Shown here: positions 41,035 to 50,023 of the stretch, one piece after another
Layout of the letters: every line of letters starts with the position of its first letter
How positions within the stretch are numbered: the stretch's first letter is position 1
Assembly (NCBI GenBank): GCA_015064695.1
Contig: SVRS01000004.1
Coordinates: 32,557 to 96,556 of the forward strand
Length of the DNA: 64,000 nucleotides
Source of the DNA: Oscillospiraceae bacterium
GTDB lineage: Bacteria > Bacillota > Clostridia > Oscillospirales > CAG-272
Direction of reading: 5' to 3'
Program-made: the position numbers and the translations under genes
Notes under the pieces: model-generated
What the model was told of the DNA's origin: nothing
The model's input: only the letters and a program-made list of their open reading frames with translations
The model's database searches: none

Positions 41035-41595
41035 ATGTTTAAGAGCAACAAGCTGGTTGTCCTGGCCGCTCTGCTTTCTCTTCTGATGCTGATCGTGCTG
41101 ACCGTCCCCGCTTTCGCGGAGGAGGTTACCACCGGCGAGGAAGCCGAAGCAACCGTGGCAGAAACCGAGGTCGCGACCGAACCCGAAACCGGTGACGAAG
41201 CCGGTACGGAGGATGGGACCGAAGCAGGCACAAGCGGCGATACTGCCAAGGACACCACTGCCTCCACCAAGGAAGAAACTACCACCAAGGCTCCTAACGA
41301 AGCCGATGCAGCCGCCAAGAAAAAGCAGCTGACCCGTGGTATCATCAACCTGAGTGTTGGCGCACTGATCGTGCTGATTCTGGGTATCCTGGCAATCAAG
41401 AACCGCGCAAAGATCCCCACTTGGTGGAAGAGTCTGAAGTCCGAGTGCGGCAAGATCACTTGGTGCCCCAAGGACAAGCTGAAGAAGAACGTAATCGTTG
41501 TCGTCCTCATCATTCTCGCCGTTGCTGCCGCTATTGCCGTGCTGGATTTCGTTTTCTCGAGATGCATCATCTTCCTGGGAAACATTTTCAACTAA
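41035..41595 (+). CDS. secE: Preprotein translocase subunit SecE with long N-terminal extension
   Basis: The C-terminal ~60 aa (WWKSLKSECGKITWCPKDKLKKNVIVVVLIILAVAAAIAVLDFVF) are SecE-like, and the gene sits in the conserved rpmG-secE-nusG position. The N-terminal ~125 aa add a hydrophobic helix plus an acidic E/T-rich stretch. The start could be 41029 or 41035. Confidence 0.75.
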   Translation: MFKSNKLVVLAALLSLLMLIVLTVPAFAEEVTTGEEAEATVAETEVATEPETGDEAGTEDGTEAGTSGDTAKDTTASTKEETTTKAPNEADAAAKKKQLTRGIINLSVGALIVLILGILAIKNRAKIPTWWKSLKSECGKITWCPKDKLKKNVIVVVLIILAVAAAIAVLDFVFSRCIIFLGNIFN

Positions 41596-41609
41596 TCAGG
41601 TGATCGGTC

Positions 41610-42149
41610 ATGAGTGATATTGATGAGATGAACGTAGGCCCGCGGTGGTATGTGGCGCACACCTATTCGGGCTATGAAAGCAAGGTCAAGGCTAATCTGG
41701 AAAAGATCGTAGAAAACCGCGGTCTCGGAGACAAGATCTTCGATATCCGCATTCCCGTCGAGACCATCGTTGAGAAGAACGGTGACGTTGAGAAGGTCGT
41801 GGAAATCAAAATTTTCCCCAGCTACGTCTACATCAAGATGGTTATGACCGACGAGACCTGGCACGCCGTCCGTAACATTACGGGTGTGACCGGTTTCGTA
41901 GGACCCGGCTCCCGTCCGACTCCTTTGTCCGACGCAGAGGTCGAGGCCCTGAACATCGAGGAGGTCAAGGTACGTCTTTCCTTCAAGGAGGGCGACAACG
42001 TGCAGATCGTTGCCGGCTTGTTCGAAGGATATACCGGCGTGGTCCAGTCGATCTCCGACGATCTCCGCAACGTCACGGTTCTGGTCAAGAGAGGCCGCCG
42101 CGATATGCCCGTCGAGCTTGAGACGTCTATGATCAAGCCCGCCGACTGA
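41610..42149 (+). CDS. nusG: Transcription termination/antitermination factor NusG
   Basis: WYVAHTYSGYESKVKANLEK... (NGN domain) and a KOW motif (FKEGDNVQIVAGLFEGYTGVV). Confidence 0.95.
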   Translation: MSDIDEMNVGPRWYVAHTYSGYESKVKANLEKIVENRGLGDKIFDIRIPVETIVEKNGDVEKVVEIKIFPSYVYIKMVMTDETWHAVRNITGVTGFVGPGSRPTPLSDAEVEALNIEEVKVRLSFKEGDNVQIVAGLFEGYTGVVQSISDDLRNVTVLVKRGRRDMPVELETSMIKPAD

Positions 42150-42351
42150 TCGTTTCCAAGCACGCTCCTCGGGCGAATCCGCCCACGTTTCGGACTCCCC
42201 TTGAATCACGGAGTCCTGTCTGCATCAAATCCCCACTATACAGGGGTGCGGCACGGTGTGCTTTGCCGCAACCGCGTCCGTCGTGGGAGGGAGAAAATAC
42301 TGCCACTGGCAACTCTCCCGTACAAGTACCACATTTGGAGGTTCAATCATT

Positions 42352-42777
42352 ATGGCAAAGAAAATTATGGGTTATATCAAGCTCCAGCTGCCCGCCGGTA
42401 AGGCTACCCCTCAGCCCCCCGTAGGTCCCGCTCTGGGTCAGTACGGCGTGGCCATCCCCATGTTCACCAAGGAATTCAACGAGCGCACCAAGAATGACAT
42501 CGGTCTGATCATCCCCGTTGTCATCACCGTGTACGCCGACCGTTCCTTCACCTTCATCACCAAGACTCCTCCCGCTCCCGTTCTGATCAAGAAGGCCGCT
42601 GGTATCGAGACCGCTTCCGCTAAGCCTAACAAGAACAAGGTTGCATCCCTCACCAAGGAGCAGGTTCAGAAGATCGCTGAGACCAAGATGCCCGATCTGA
42701 ACGCAGGCTCTCTCGAGGCTGCTATGAGCATGATCGCCGGTACTGCCCGCTCCATGGGTATCACCGTCGAGGACTAA
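42352..42777 (+). CDS. rplK: 50S ribosomal protein L11
   Basis: [43 protein letters not shown]... Confidence 0.95.
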   Translation: MAKKIMGYIKLQLPAGKATPQPPVGPALGQYGVAIPMFTKEFNERTKNDIGLIIPVVITVYADRSFTFITKTPPAPVLIKKAAGIETASAKPNKNKVASLTKEQVQKIAETKMPDLNAGSLEAAMSMIAGTARSMGITVED

Positions 42778-42796
42778 TTGAAGGAGGTATAGGGAA

Positions 42797-43492
42797 ATGG
42801 CTAAAGTTGGAAAGAAGTATTCCGATAGCGCAAAGCTGATCGAGAAGAACAAGATGTATGATCCCGCCGAGGCTCTGGCTCTGGTTTGCCAGACTTCCAA
42901 GGCAAAGTTTGATGAGACCATCGAGATCCACATCCGTCTGGGTGTTGACTCCCGTCATGCTGACCAGCAGGTCCGCGGTGCCGTCGTCCTCCCCAACGGT
43001 ACCGGTAAGACCGCTCGCGTTCTGGTTTTCGCCAAGGGCGATAACATCGCTAAGGCTCAGGAGGCAGGTGCTGACTACGTTGGCGGTGCCGAGCTGGCCG
43101 AGAAGATCCAGAAGGAGAACTGGTTCGACTTCGACGTGGTCATCGCTTCCCCCGACATGATGGGTACCATCGGTCGTCTGGGTAAGGTTCTGGGTCCCAA
43201 GGGTCTGATGCCCTCCCCCAAGGCCGGCACCGTCACCCCCGACGTTGCCAAGGCTGTTCGTGAGGCTAAGGCCGGTAAGATCGAGTACCGTCTCGATAAG
43301 ACCAACATCATCCACTGCCCCATCGGTAAGGCTTCCTTCGGTGCTGAGAAGCTCCAGGCTAACTTCGACACCCTGGTTGGTGCCGTTATCAAGGCCAAGC
43401 CCGCCGCTGCAAAGGGTCAGTATATCAAGTCCTGCGTGATCGCATCCACCATGGGCCCCGGCATCAAGGTTAACCAGTCCAAGCTGGGTTAA
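42797..43492 (+). CDS. rplA: 50S ribosomal protein L1
   Basis: [30 protein letters not shown]...[22 protein letters not shown]... Confidence 0.95.
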   Translation: MAKVGKKYSDSAKLIEKNKMYDPAEALALVCQTSKAKFDETIEIHIRLGVDSRHADQQVRGAVVLPNGTGKTARVLVFAKGDNIAKAQEAGADYVGGAELAEKIQKENWFDFDVVIASPDMMGTIGRLGKVLGPKGLMPSPKAGTVTPDVAKAVREAKAGKIEYRLDKTNIIHCPIGKASFGAEKLQANFDTLVGAVIKAKPAAAKGQYIKSCVIASTMGPGIKVNQSKLG

Positions 43493-43526
43493 TCGGATAA
43501 CCACCCATTGTAACTTGATACAATAA

Positions 43527-43561
43527 AGAACCCGCTGAGCTTTGCTCAGCGGGTTCTTTTT
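43527..43561 (+). terminator. Intrinsic terminator after rplA
   Basis: AAGAACCCGCTGAGC-TTTG-CTCAGCGGGTTCTTTTT. Confidence 0.8.
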
Positions 43562-43736
43562 GGCGAGTGGACAATCAATTGAGCGTATCGGTCCAGCCGG
43601 CGATGTAATCGGTGGAACAAATTTGTATACGTATTTTCGCCGCACAAAATTGTGCGAAATCCAACGTTCCGAACAAAGCTCCGAACAAAGTTCCAAAAAG
43701 ACCTCAAAAAAATCTCAACTTTTTTTCAAAAACCTC

Positions 43737-43765
43737 TTGACAAATCCGATCTTTTGTGGTATGAT
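43737..43765 (+). promoter_or_regulatory. Sigma-A type promoter for tRNA-Ser
   Basis: TTGACA (43737..43742), 17-nt spacer, TATGAT (43760..43765) preceded by TGTGG. Confidence 0.5.
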
Positions 43766-43792
43766 ATGTAGGTCGCCAGCGAGTGACACCAA

Positions 43793-43884
43793 GGAGAGGT
43801 GGCTGAGCTGGTCTAAGGCGCACGACTGGAAATCGTGTTTGGGCTAATACCCCAACGAGGGTTCGAATCCCTCCCTCTCCGCCA
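43793..43884 (+). tRNA. tRNA-Ser (anticodon GGA), encoded CCA
   Basis: Hand-folded cloverleaf. Acceptor GGAGAGG/CCTCTCC, anticodon stem CACGA/TCGTG with loop CTGGAAA, long variable arm (TTTGGGCTAATACCCCAAC), T arm GAGGG-TTCGAAT-CCCTC, then GCCA. Confidence 0.9.
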
Positions 43885-43946
43885 AATACCCCCGAGTTGA
43901 AGAACTCGGGGATTTTGCTTTTTACGACACATATGGGGAGAAGGTC

Positions 43947-44543
43947 ATGCTTGTTTCGCAGATACAAGAGGAAAATTTAACCGCCGACGTCATCGATCGG
44001 TTACTATTTGAAGGTCTGGAGGACACCGGCGAGAGCGCGGATTGCATCATTGTATTAGGAAGTTCTACTGCCGCGAAATATCGGGTCCCCGTGGCAGTTA
44101 GCGCCCATCAGGCCGGGCGGGCAAGCAAGCTCCTGTTCTGCGGTGGTGCCCGTCATGGCGGTTCCTATTCAGAGGCCGAGCAAATGTGTCATGCGGCACA
44201 CGCATCCGGAATAGCCGAAGAAAACATACTTGCGGAAACCGCATCACAAAACACCATCGAAAATATTCTCTTTGCATTGATCGAATTGCAGCGAGCCTTT
44301 TGGCTGAACAACGTCCATAGGGTCCTGCTGGTCACCACCGCCTATCATATGCGGCGAAGCTTGGCGGTTGCAAGATACCTGTTTCCAACACACATCACGG
44401 TTATTCCCTGCCCAGCCAATGACACCAGCACCCGACGGGACACGTGGACGAGCTCCTCCGAGGGTATCGAGCGCGTCAGAAACGAGGCTATGAAAATCGT
44501 TGACTACGTTCATAGCGGCGTCATCCCGGATTTTGACATATGA
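43947..44543 (+). CDS. YdcF/ElyC/SanA (DUF218) family protein
   Basis: ...DCIIVLGSSTAAKYRVPVA...LLFCGG...SEAEQM...ETASQNTIENI...VLLVTTAYHMRRS is the typical DUF218 pattern. Confidence 0.75.
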   Translation: MLVSQIQEENLTADVIDRLLFEGLEDTGESADCIIVLGSSTAAKYRVPVAVSAHQAGRASKLLFCGGARHGGSYSEAEQMCHAAHASGIAEENILAETASQNTIENILFALIELQRAFWLNNVHRVLLVTTAYHMRRSLAVARYLFPTHITVIPCPANDTSTRRDTWTSSSEGIERVRNEAMKIVDYVHSGVIPDFDI

Positions 44544-44679
44544 CAAAGCAGACCTCCGCGCCCCCCATTGCAATCGGTCCGGCTACTGCTGAGGACCTTG
44601 GGGAAACAAGGGGAGTGTGCCTCCGGCGTCCGACAGGCAAGCCTCTCAGAACGTTAACATACCTATAAATCATATAAGA

Positions 44680-44719
44680 AACCGCCGCGTATCGGGTTGT
44701 ACGCGGCGGTTAATTTTTT
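44680..44719. terminator. Bidirectional terminator between the DUF218 gene and the low-GC XRE gene
   Basis: AACCGCCGCGT-ATCGGGTTGT-ACGCGGCGGTT followed by AATTTTTT. Confidence 0.65.
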
Positions 44720-44729
44720 CAAGGTGAGT

Positions 44730-44942
44730 TCAATACCGTTGGGGATTATCCGTCTCGCCAAGTAAATAATCAATACTGGTATTATAAAATCGTGCGAGCT
44801 TAATCAATATCGTTGTAGGAATATCATTCTCTCCTGTTTCATATTTTGAGTATCCTGTTTGAGACATCCCCAACATTTTAGCGATTTGAGTTTGGTTCAT
44901 GTCTCGATCTTCGCGCAAGTCTCGTATCCTGGAATATTTCAT
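44730..44942 (-). CDS. XRE-family HTH transcriptional regulator (low-GC islet)
   Basis: MKYSRIRDLREDRDMNQTQIAKMLGMSQTGYSKYETGENDIPTTILIKLARFYNTSIDYLLGETD. Confidence 0.8.
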   Translation of the reverse strand: MKYSRIRDLREDRDMNQTQIAKMLGMSQTGYSKYETGENDIPTTILIKLARFYNTSIDYLLGETDNPQRY

Positions 44943-45074
44943 GTGCTCCTCCAAAACAAATTATTTGACTTATTATAAAATAATCTGTTTTAGGGTATTG
45001 ACAAATAACCTGAAATAGGTTATAATATTTAATACCAAAAGCTTGATAATTCTTACATTACGGAGGAAACAAAA

Positions 45075-46181
45075 ATGAAAAGAATTCTAATTCTCATTTT
45101 TTCTGCATTCTTGTTCGCATCTCTTGTCGCCTGTAGCAACACAACCAACGAAGAAAGTATCGGCATCGACACCACCACCCAAAACACATCTGCCGTCGAT
45201 AGAGAAGATTATTCTCAAATTGACGACAATACAGATACCGCAGAGAAGGACAACGATAACAACCTTTCTTCTGCAAATCGTATTAGGATGGACGATATCG
45301 TTTTCTCCTCTCGTTTTCAGGAGGGCTTAGCCTTTGTGGCGATCAAGGATGAACCATACTCTGCATACTGTATCAATAAAGCTGGCGAAATAATCTTTAA
45401 AATCGAAAATTGCTCCCAAGAGGGTTCAGAGAGACCTGTAATTGAATTAGGTTTGAATTATAACAACGGCCTCATGCTCTTTGATGGAAATATTTATGAC
45501 AGGAACGGAAAGATTACTACCCCCGAATCTCTCGGAGTGACCCGCTTTATTGAATGGAACGGAACATATCTTATTGCCGAAAAAATCACGTCTGACTATA
45601 TTTCCGCTACAAAAGAGCTTGGCGCACTGAATAAAAACTTTGAGTGGGAGTTTCCACTTTCCGAAGACCATTACACAGCATACCAAGCGGATCCTTCCTT
45701 TTTTGATGATCATACGGATGTTAACGAGGAACAACATGACATAACACAGATTATAAACTATAGAAAGGGAACCGATTTTATAAACGGAAAAGCCGCCGTA
45801 TTACTGATGAATCCCGAAACGAACGAGTTATTTATCACCGTCGTAAATACGAATCTCGAATTTCTCTTTGAGCCTAAAAAGCTTGTTGGAAAAGACGTCT
45901 CGGTCGTGTCAATGGAATTTGATGGCGACTACGCGATATTATACACGGAATACAGCGGATCCAAAGATTATCCATTGAGTCTTTACGCATACAATGTCCA
46001 TGGAGATCAAGTTGCAGCCATGTCAACTTCGATTTTTGACGATTATGGTGCTACCTCCATTTATTGTGATTACAATGACGGAGTGTTTGTGTTTTCCTTT
46101 TCATACGGCTCATATTCTGCATATGATAGAAGAAATACCGTGAAATACTATTCCATTGATGGTACGCCACTTGAATGGTAA
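45075..46181 (+). CDS. Lipoprotein with WG-repeat-like beta-propeller repeats (low-GC islet)
   Basis: Lipobox LFASLVAC. Repeated xxGLAxVxxxxxxxYINKxGExxF-type units (FQEGLAFVAIKDEPYSAYCINKAGEIIF). The coding sequence is visibly AT-rich relative to its neighbours. Confidence 0.6.
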   Translation: MKRILILIFSAFLFASLVACSNTTNEESIGIDTTTQNTSAVDREDYSQIDDNTDTAEKDNDNNLSSANRIRMDDIVFSSRFQEGLAFVAIKDEPYSAYCINKAGEIIFKIENCSQEGSERPVIELGLNYNNGLMLFDGNIYDRNGKITTPESLGVTRFIEWNGTYLIAEKITSDYISATKELGALNKNFEWEFPLSEDHYTAYQADPSFFDDHTDVNEEQHDITQIINYRKGTDFINGKAAVLLMNPETNELFITVVNTNLEFLFEPKKLVGKDVSVVSMEFDGDYAILYTEYSGSKDYPLSLYAYNVHGDQVAAMSTSIFDDYGATSIYCDYNDGVFVFSFSYGSYSAYDRRNTVKYYSIDGTPLEW

Positions 46182-46215
46182 TTCTTCACAATAATGGAAC
46201 AAAGTACAATCATCC

Positions 46216-46256
46216 AAAAAGGCAGCACCCCCTCCATTGGGGGTGCTGCCTTTTTT
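46216..46256. terminator. Bidirectional terminator between the two convergent lipoprotein genes
   Basis: AAAAAGGCAGCACCCC-CTCCATT-GGGGTGCTGCCTTTTTT. Confidence 0.75.
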
Positions 46257-46269
46257 GTTTTTCATCTAT

Positions 46270-47691
46270 TCATTCCCCCGACTCAACCAGCGGGTTGAAG
46301 GTCAGTCCGCCGTTTACGCGGACGCTCTCGCCCTTATCCAAGTCGGGGTTTGAATAGGAGCCGACCAGAGCGGCGTACTCCTCCTCGGTGATGGCGGTCC
46401 GTTGGCCGTTCTCCACCTTGAAAAACTCGTGGGTGGTCGCGGTCCATAGGTCTCCAAAGATCAGCCGCTCCTCCAACACGCCCTGTTGGGTGATCCCCAA
46501 AACCGCCCACTCGTACCCTCCGCCCGAGGCGGCGTAACGGGTGGTCCAAAGCTCACCGTCAGCCGACATACCGACCAATCCGTATCGGCGGCAGAAGGTC
46601 ATAAAATCATCCACGGGGATGACCTGCCCGTCCACCGTGGTGAAGATGGCCAGGATCTTGTAGGTGTCGGTCAGAAGGACCAGCTCGTCCCGTCCATCGC
46701 CGTTCAGGTCGGCCTCGGCGTACCCGTAGGCCTCGACACCGTTCTCCGGGAAAGGGGAAAAGCGATTGTCTGTCCCGGGTCGGCAGGTGTAAGCGAGATA
46801 CCACAGGTGGCTGTAGGTATCGTAATCTGCGTCGGACGCGAAGGTGAACAGTCCATCGCAGTTTCCAAGAAGCCAATCCGCCTCCGTTCGACGGGGCATA
46901 TCGGTCAGCATAGCCTTGAAGGTGGACTTGACCGCTTCATAGCTTGAAAAATCCGCATCGGGAATCTCCTCGCCCCCCTCGGAGGGCAGAGCAAGAACAA
47001 TGCACGGGGTATTCCATTTGGCGATCTGACCGCCGCCCACCTCTTGAAGGGTGCGGTGGTCCTCCATCAGCCCTTGAAATTCCATAGCGTCGATATCGGT
47101 GCGAACGCCGTCTGCCTCCCGATAGTAGCGAATGTGGTTCCCCTCCCCGTCCCACTCGCCGCCGAAGACCGCGTCGTACACCAACCGATCCCCCTCCACA
47201 CGGGCCTTGTAGTAGGTATCCGTAATCCCTGCGTCGGTCTCGACCTCGGTGGAGCGGAGGAGAGTTTCATCCCACCAGCAGTGCCAAAAATCCTTGGCAC
47301 CCGCCGTGTGGCAAAGCAGAATAGGCTCTCCGTCGGACAGGGTCAGGATGGCGCGGATGGGGGAGCTGGCGGCCAGCAGGAGCAGTTCGGGGGTTCCGTT
47401 GCCGTCCATATCCTTGAAGGCGTAGCCCATACCCGCGGGGGAGGGGCAGGTATCCGCCACGGCGTGCAGGGCCTCAGCGATGGCGGCCTCGCGGGGGGCC
47501 ATCCCCTCGGTCTCGGGGGGAGAGAGCTCCTCACCCGCCTGTCTGCGGGCCAGCAGGTCCCGATAATCCTCGAGCACGTCGTCATACAAGTCTTTTTGTT
47601 TCTCATAGTGCTCCTCGGGATCGGGGGCCGTGCAGGCCGCCGCCGACAACAGAAGCAGACCGCACAGGAGGGCGGCAAACAACTTTTTCAT
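46270..47691 (-). CDS. Lipoprotein, hypothetical, with FG-GAP/VCBS-like DxDGNGxxELL motifs
   Basis: Lipobox LLLLSAAAC, with the motifs DMDGNGTPELLLL and DLNGDGRDELVLL. Confidence 0.6.
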   Translation of the reverse strand: MKKLFAALLCGLLLLSAAACTAPDPEEHYEKQKDLYDDVLEDYRDLLARRQAGEELSPPETEGMAPREAAIAEALHAVADTCPSPAGMGYAFKDMDGNGTPELLLLAASSPIRAILTLSDGEPILLCHTAGAKDFWHCWWDETLLRSTEVETDAGITDTYYKARVEGDRLVYDAVFGGEWDGEGNHIRYYREADGVRTDIDAMEFQGLMEDHRTLQEVGGGQIAKWNTPCIVLALPSEGGEEIPDADFSSYEAVKSTFKAMLTDMPRRTEADWLLGNCDGLFTFASDADYDTYSHLWYLAYTCRPGTDNRFSPFPENGVEAYGYAEADLNGDGRDELVLLTDTYKILAIFTTVDGQVIPVDDFMTFCRRYGLVGMSADGELWTTRYAASGGGYEWAVLGITQQGVLEERLIFGDLWTATTHEFFKVENGQRTAITEEEYAALVGSYSNPDLDKGESVRVNGGLTFNPLVESGE

Positions 47692-47706
47692 GCTGAAATC
47701 TCCTTC

Positions 47707-48153
47707 TTACTCGGTCACAACGCCCTTCTGCAAAATGACGTTGGCATAAATGGCGCTCTCGCCCGTGGCGATGACGGCGTAGCACTTCTTGGCCTCCTCG
47801 TAGAAGGCGAAGCGCTCGATGGTGCCCACGGCCTCGGCGCCGCGGTTATCGTGGCGGGCCACGATGGCCTTGTACTCGTCCCAGATGGGGGTCTCTACCC
47901 GGCCCTTGTCCCGATCCATCAGCTCCATGAGGCAGACAGGGGTGTCCACGTAGGTATCCAGGGGGAATACGGTCAGAATGGCGTCCAGCAGGGCGGGGAT
48001 GTCCTGGCCGTCATAGCGGATGACCTTGGCATTCTTGCCCATGGTCTCGGCGGGGAAATTGCCGTCACCGATGACGATGCGGTCGCTGTGGCCCATTTCG
48101 CACAGCACCTTGAGCAGCTCGGGGGACAGCAGCTTGGGAATTCCTTTTAACAT
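47707..48153 (-). CDS. fucU: L-fucose mutarotase (RbsD/FucU family)
   Basis: MLKGIPKLLSPELLKVLCEMGHSDRIVIGDGNFP... is a close match to the FucU N-terminal signature. Confidence 0.8.
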   Translation of the reverse strand: MLKGIPKLLSPELLKVLCEMGHSDRIVIGDGNFPAETMGKNAKVIRYDGQDIPALLDAILTVFPLDTYVDTPVCLMELMDRDKGRVETPIWDEYKAIVARHDNRGAEAVGTIERFAFYEEAKKCYAVIATGESAIYANVILQKGVVTE

Positions 48154-48180
48154 GGTAGTTTCTCCTTTTTATATAATATG

Positions 48181-49818
48181 TTACACGGTCTCGATATTAT
48201 CCCGTACCGTGACGTTTCCACAGTGGTGAGGATCCACCGTCAGGGCGGCATCAAAGGTATTGCCCACGATCTCGGCCTCGCCCAGGTACTCAAAGCGGAA
48301 AACGTGATTGCCGCGGTAAGGCTGACGGAACACGTTGTTTTCCACGGTCAGCTTTCCGTGAACGAAGGCCTCGCTGTTTGGATCCATGACCTTGGGGGAG
48401 TAGCAGAGCAGGGGGCCGCCGGGATAGTTGTTGCCGTAGTTGCACCCGATGACTTGGTTATTGCGGAAGATGACGTGGCGGGTGTAGCCCGACTCGAACC
48501 AGAAGTTGCAGTCGTCCTCCACCACCAGGGCAGGCCCACGCAGGTGGTAGAAGCGGTTATTCTCAATGATAACCTCCCCGCGGGTGGTACACAGGACACC
48601 GCGGCAGGCGATCATGAAGGCGTCGCAGTTGCGGACGTAGAGGTCGGGGGTCCAGGTGGCGTTCTCCACCACGTCCTTATCCGGGACGATCCCCTCGGGC
48701 AGGTCACGGTCCAGGGTCAGGCGGATGTCGGTATCATTCAGCTTTTCCCAGGCGGTCACAACGGTCTCGGCGTAGGGCTGCAGGGTATCCCATCGGATAA
48801 ATTCCAGCTCGTCTCCCACCTCAAAGGCCTGGATGCCCCAGGTCTCGTGGTGCATGAAGCGGACGGTCATGGATCGCGTAGCGGGGTCGGTCTCCACCAC
48901 CCGCAGGTGGGTGCCGTGGACGTTGATGAAATCATCCTGCGCGCCGCTGGCGCGGCATCCGTCCACCACGATCTTCCCCCGACAGCCCGAGAACTGGAAG
49001 AAGTCGGCGGTGCTGGTGATGGTCCTTCCCTCCCCGGGGGTGAAGTCACAATTCTTGAAGGTGACGTTCTCGCAGAACTGGGAAACCATGCCCAGTCCGT
49101 GCATGAACTTGACCCGCAGGCTCTCAAAGGTCAGATTCTTGCACCGCTGGAACAGTGCCCCCGTCTGGTCGCGGACGATATTGCGGGACTGGATGACCCG
49201 TCCGGGGATCAAGCCGTGGCCGGGGTCCTTGAAGGTCAGCCGCAGGGTGCGGTCGTCCAGGATTTCAATGGCATCAAAGGTAAACTGGCCGTTTCCGCAC
49301 CAGGACGTGACCTCAGCCACAGGGTCGTACCACAGGGTGAAGCGGGGACCGCCGTTGGAGGGCTCCTCCCAGTAGGGCTTGCCGTCCAGACCGTTGTCAC
49401 TGCAAAAATACAGGTCACTGCCCTCCACGCGGAACAGGGAGCCGGGGTGGAAGCGGATATCGCAGACCTTGCCCTCCACCGAGAGGACGGTGAACTCGGT
49501 CATGGTGGGGGCGGCGTAGTCCACGGTGAGGTTTTTGACCGTGATATGCTCGCAGGCATCAAAGAGGAAGGGGGTCATTTTGCCGTGGACCATGACAGTT
49601 GCACCGTTACCGTCGATGGTGATATGCTTTTTTCCCTTGAGATACATGGCCGTATGGCGCAGGCCGTTGGGGTTTTGGGGGATGGTGGCGGTGTTGGTGC
49701 AATAGTAGCCCGTCAGAGTATAGGAATCGTCCTGGCGGATGTGGTAGGTAGCTCCCTGCTCCAGGGTGACGATGTCACCGTCTTGGATATGCAGGAACAG
49801 CTCGCAGAGTTGATTCAT
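48181..49818 (-). CDS. Right-handed parallel beta-helix repeat protein (pectin-lyase fold, probable glycosidase)
   Basis: Periodic hydrophobic/N/G pattern (ITIDGNGATV..., ITVKNLTVDY..., VTFKNCDF..., IIENNRF..., VIFRNNQVIG..., LTVENNVF...). No signal peptide. Confidence 0.55.
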   Translation of the reverse strand: MNQLCELFLHIQDGDIVTLEQGATYHIRQDDSYTLTGYYCTNTATIPQNPNGLRHTAMYLKGKKHITIDGNGATVMVHGKMTPFLFDACEHITVKNLTVDYAAPTMTEFTVLSVEGKVCDIRFHPGSLFRVEGSDLYFCSDNGLDGKPYWEEPSNGGPRFTLWYDPVAEVTSWCGNGQFTFDAIEILDDRTLRLTFKDPGHGLIPGRVIQSRNIVRDQTGALFQRCKNLTFESLRVKFMHGLGMVSQFCENVTFKNCDFTPGEGRTITSTADFFQFSGCRGKIVVDGCRASGAQDDFINVHGTHLRVVETDPATRSMTVRFMHHETWGIQAFEVGDELEFIRWDTLQPYAETVVTAWEKLNDTDIRLTLDRDLPEGIVPDKDVVENATWTPDLYVRNCDAFMIACRGVLCTTRGEVIIENNRFYHLRGPALVVEDDCNFWFESGYTRHVIFRNNQVIGCNYGNNYPGGPLLCYSPKVMDPNSEAFVHGKLTVENNVFRQPYRGNHVFRFEYLGEAEIVGNTFDAALTVDPHHCGNVTVRDNIETV

Positions 49819-49962
49819 AAGACCTCCGATCTTGTCGTGGGTTCGGGTTGGATATCATGCGGCAAAAGGACCAATGTGCAACAGTTGGTCCTTTTGATTA
49901 TAGCATATTTTTGGTTGATTGTCCATATATTTTCGGAATTTCAAGAAGATTTTGCAGGAGCA

Positions 49963-49991
49963 TTGACAAATCCCCCGAAATCCGCTATAAT
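49963..49991 (+). promoter_or_regulatory. Sigma-A type promoter for thiN
   Basis: TTGACA (49963..49968), 17-nt spacer, TATAAT (49986..49991). Confidence 0.45.
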
Positions 49992-50023
49992 ATACCCAAC
50001 CAAACCGAAAGGAACCTTCCACC

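Noticed and set aside
42150-42351. An L1/L11 autoregulatory leader structure between nusG and rplK (hairpin GGGAGGGAG...CTCTCCC).
   Set aside because: It is plausible by position, but I cannot verify mimicry of the L1-binding rRNA site by eye. It is not reported as a feature.
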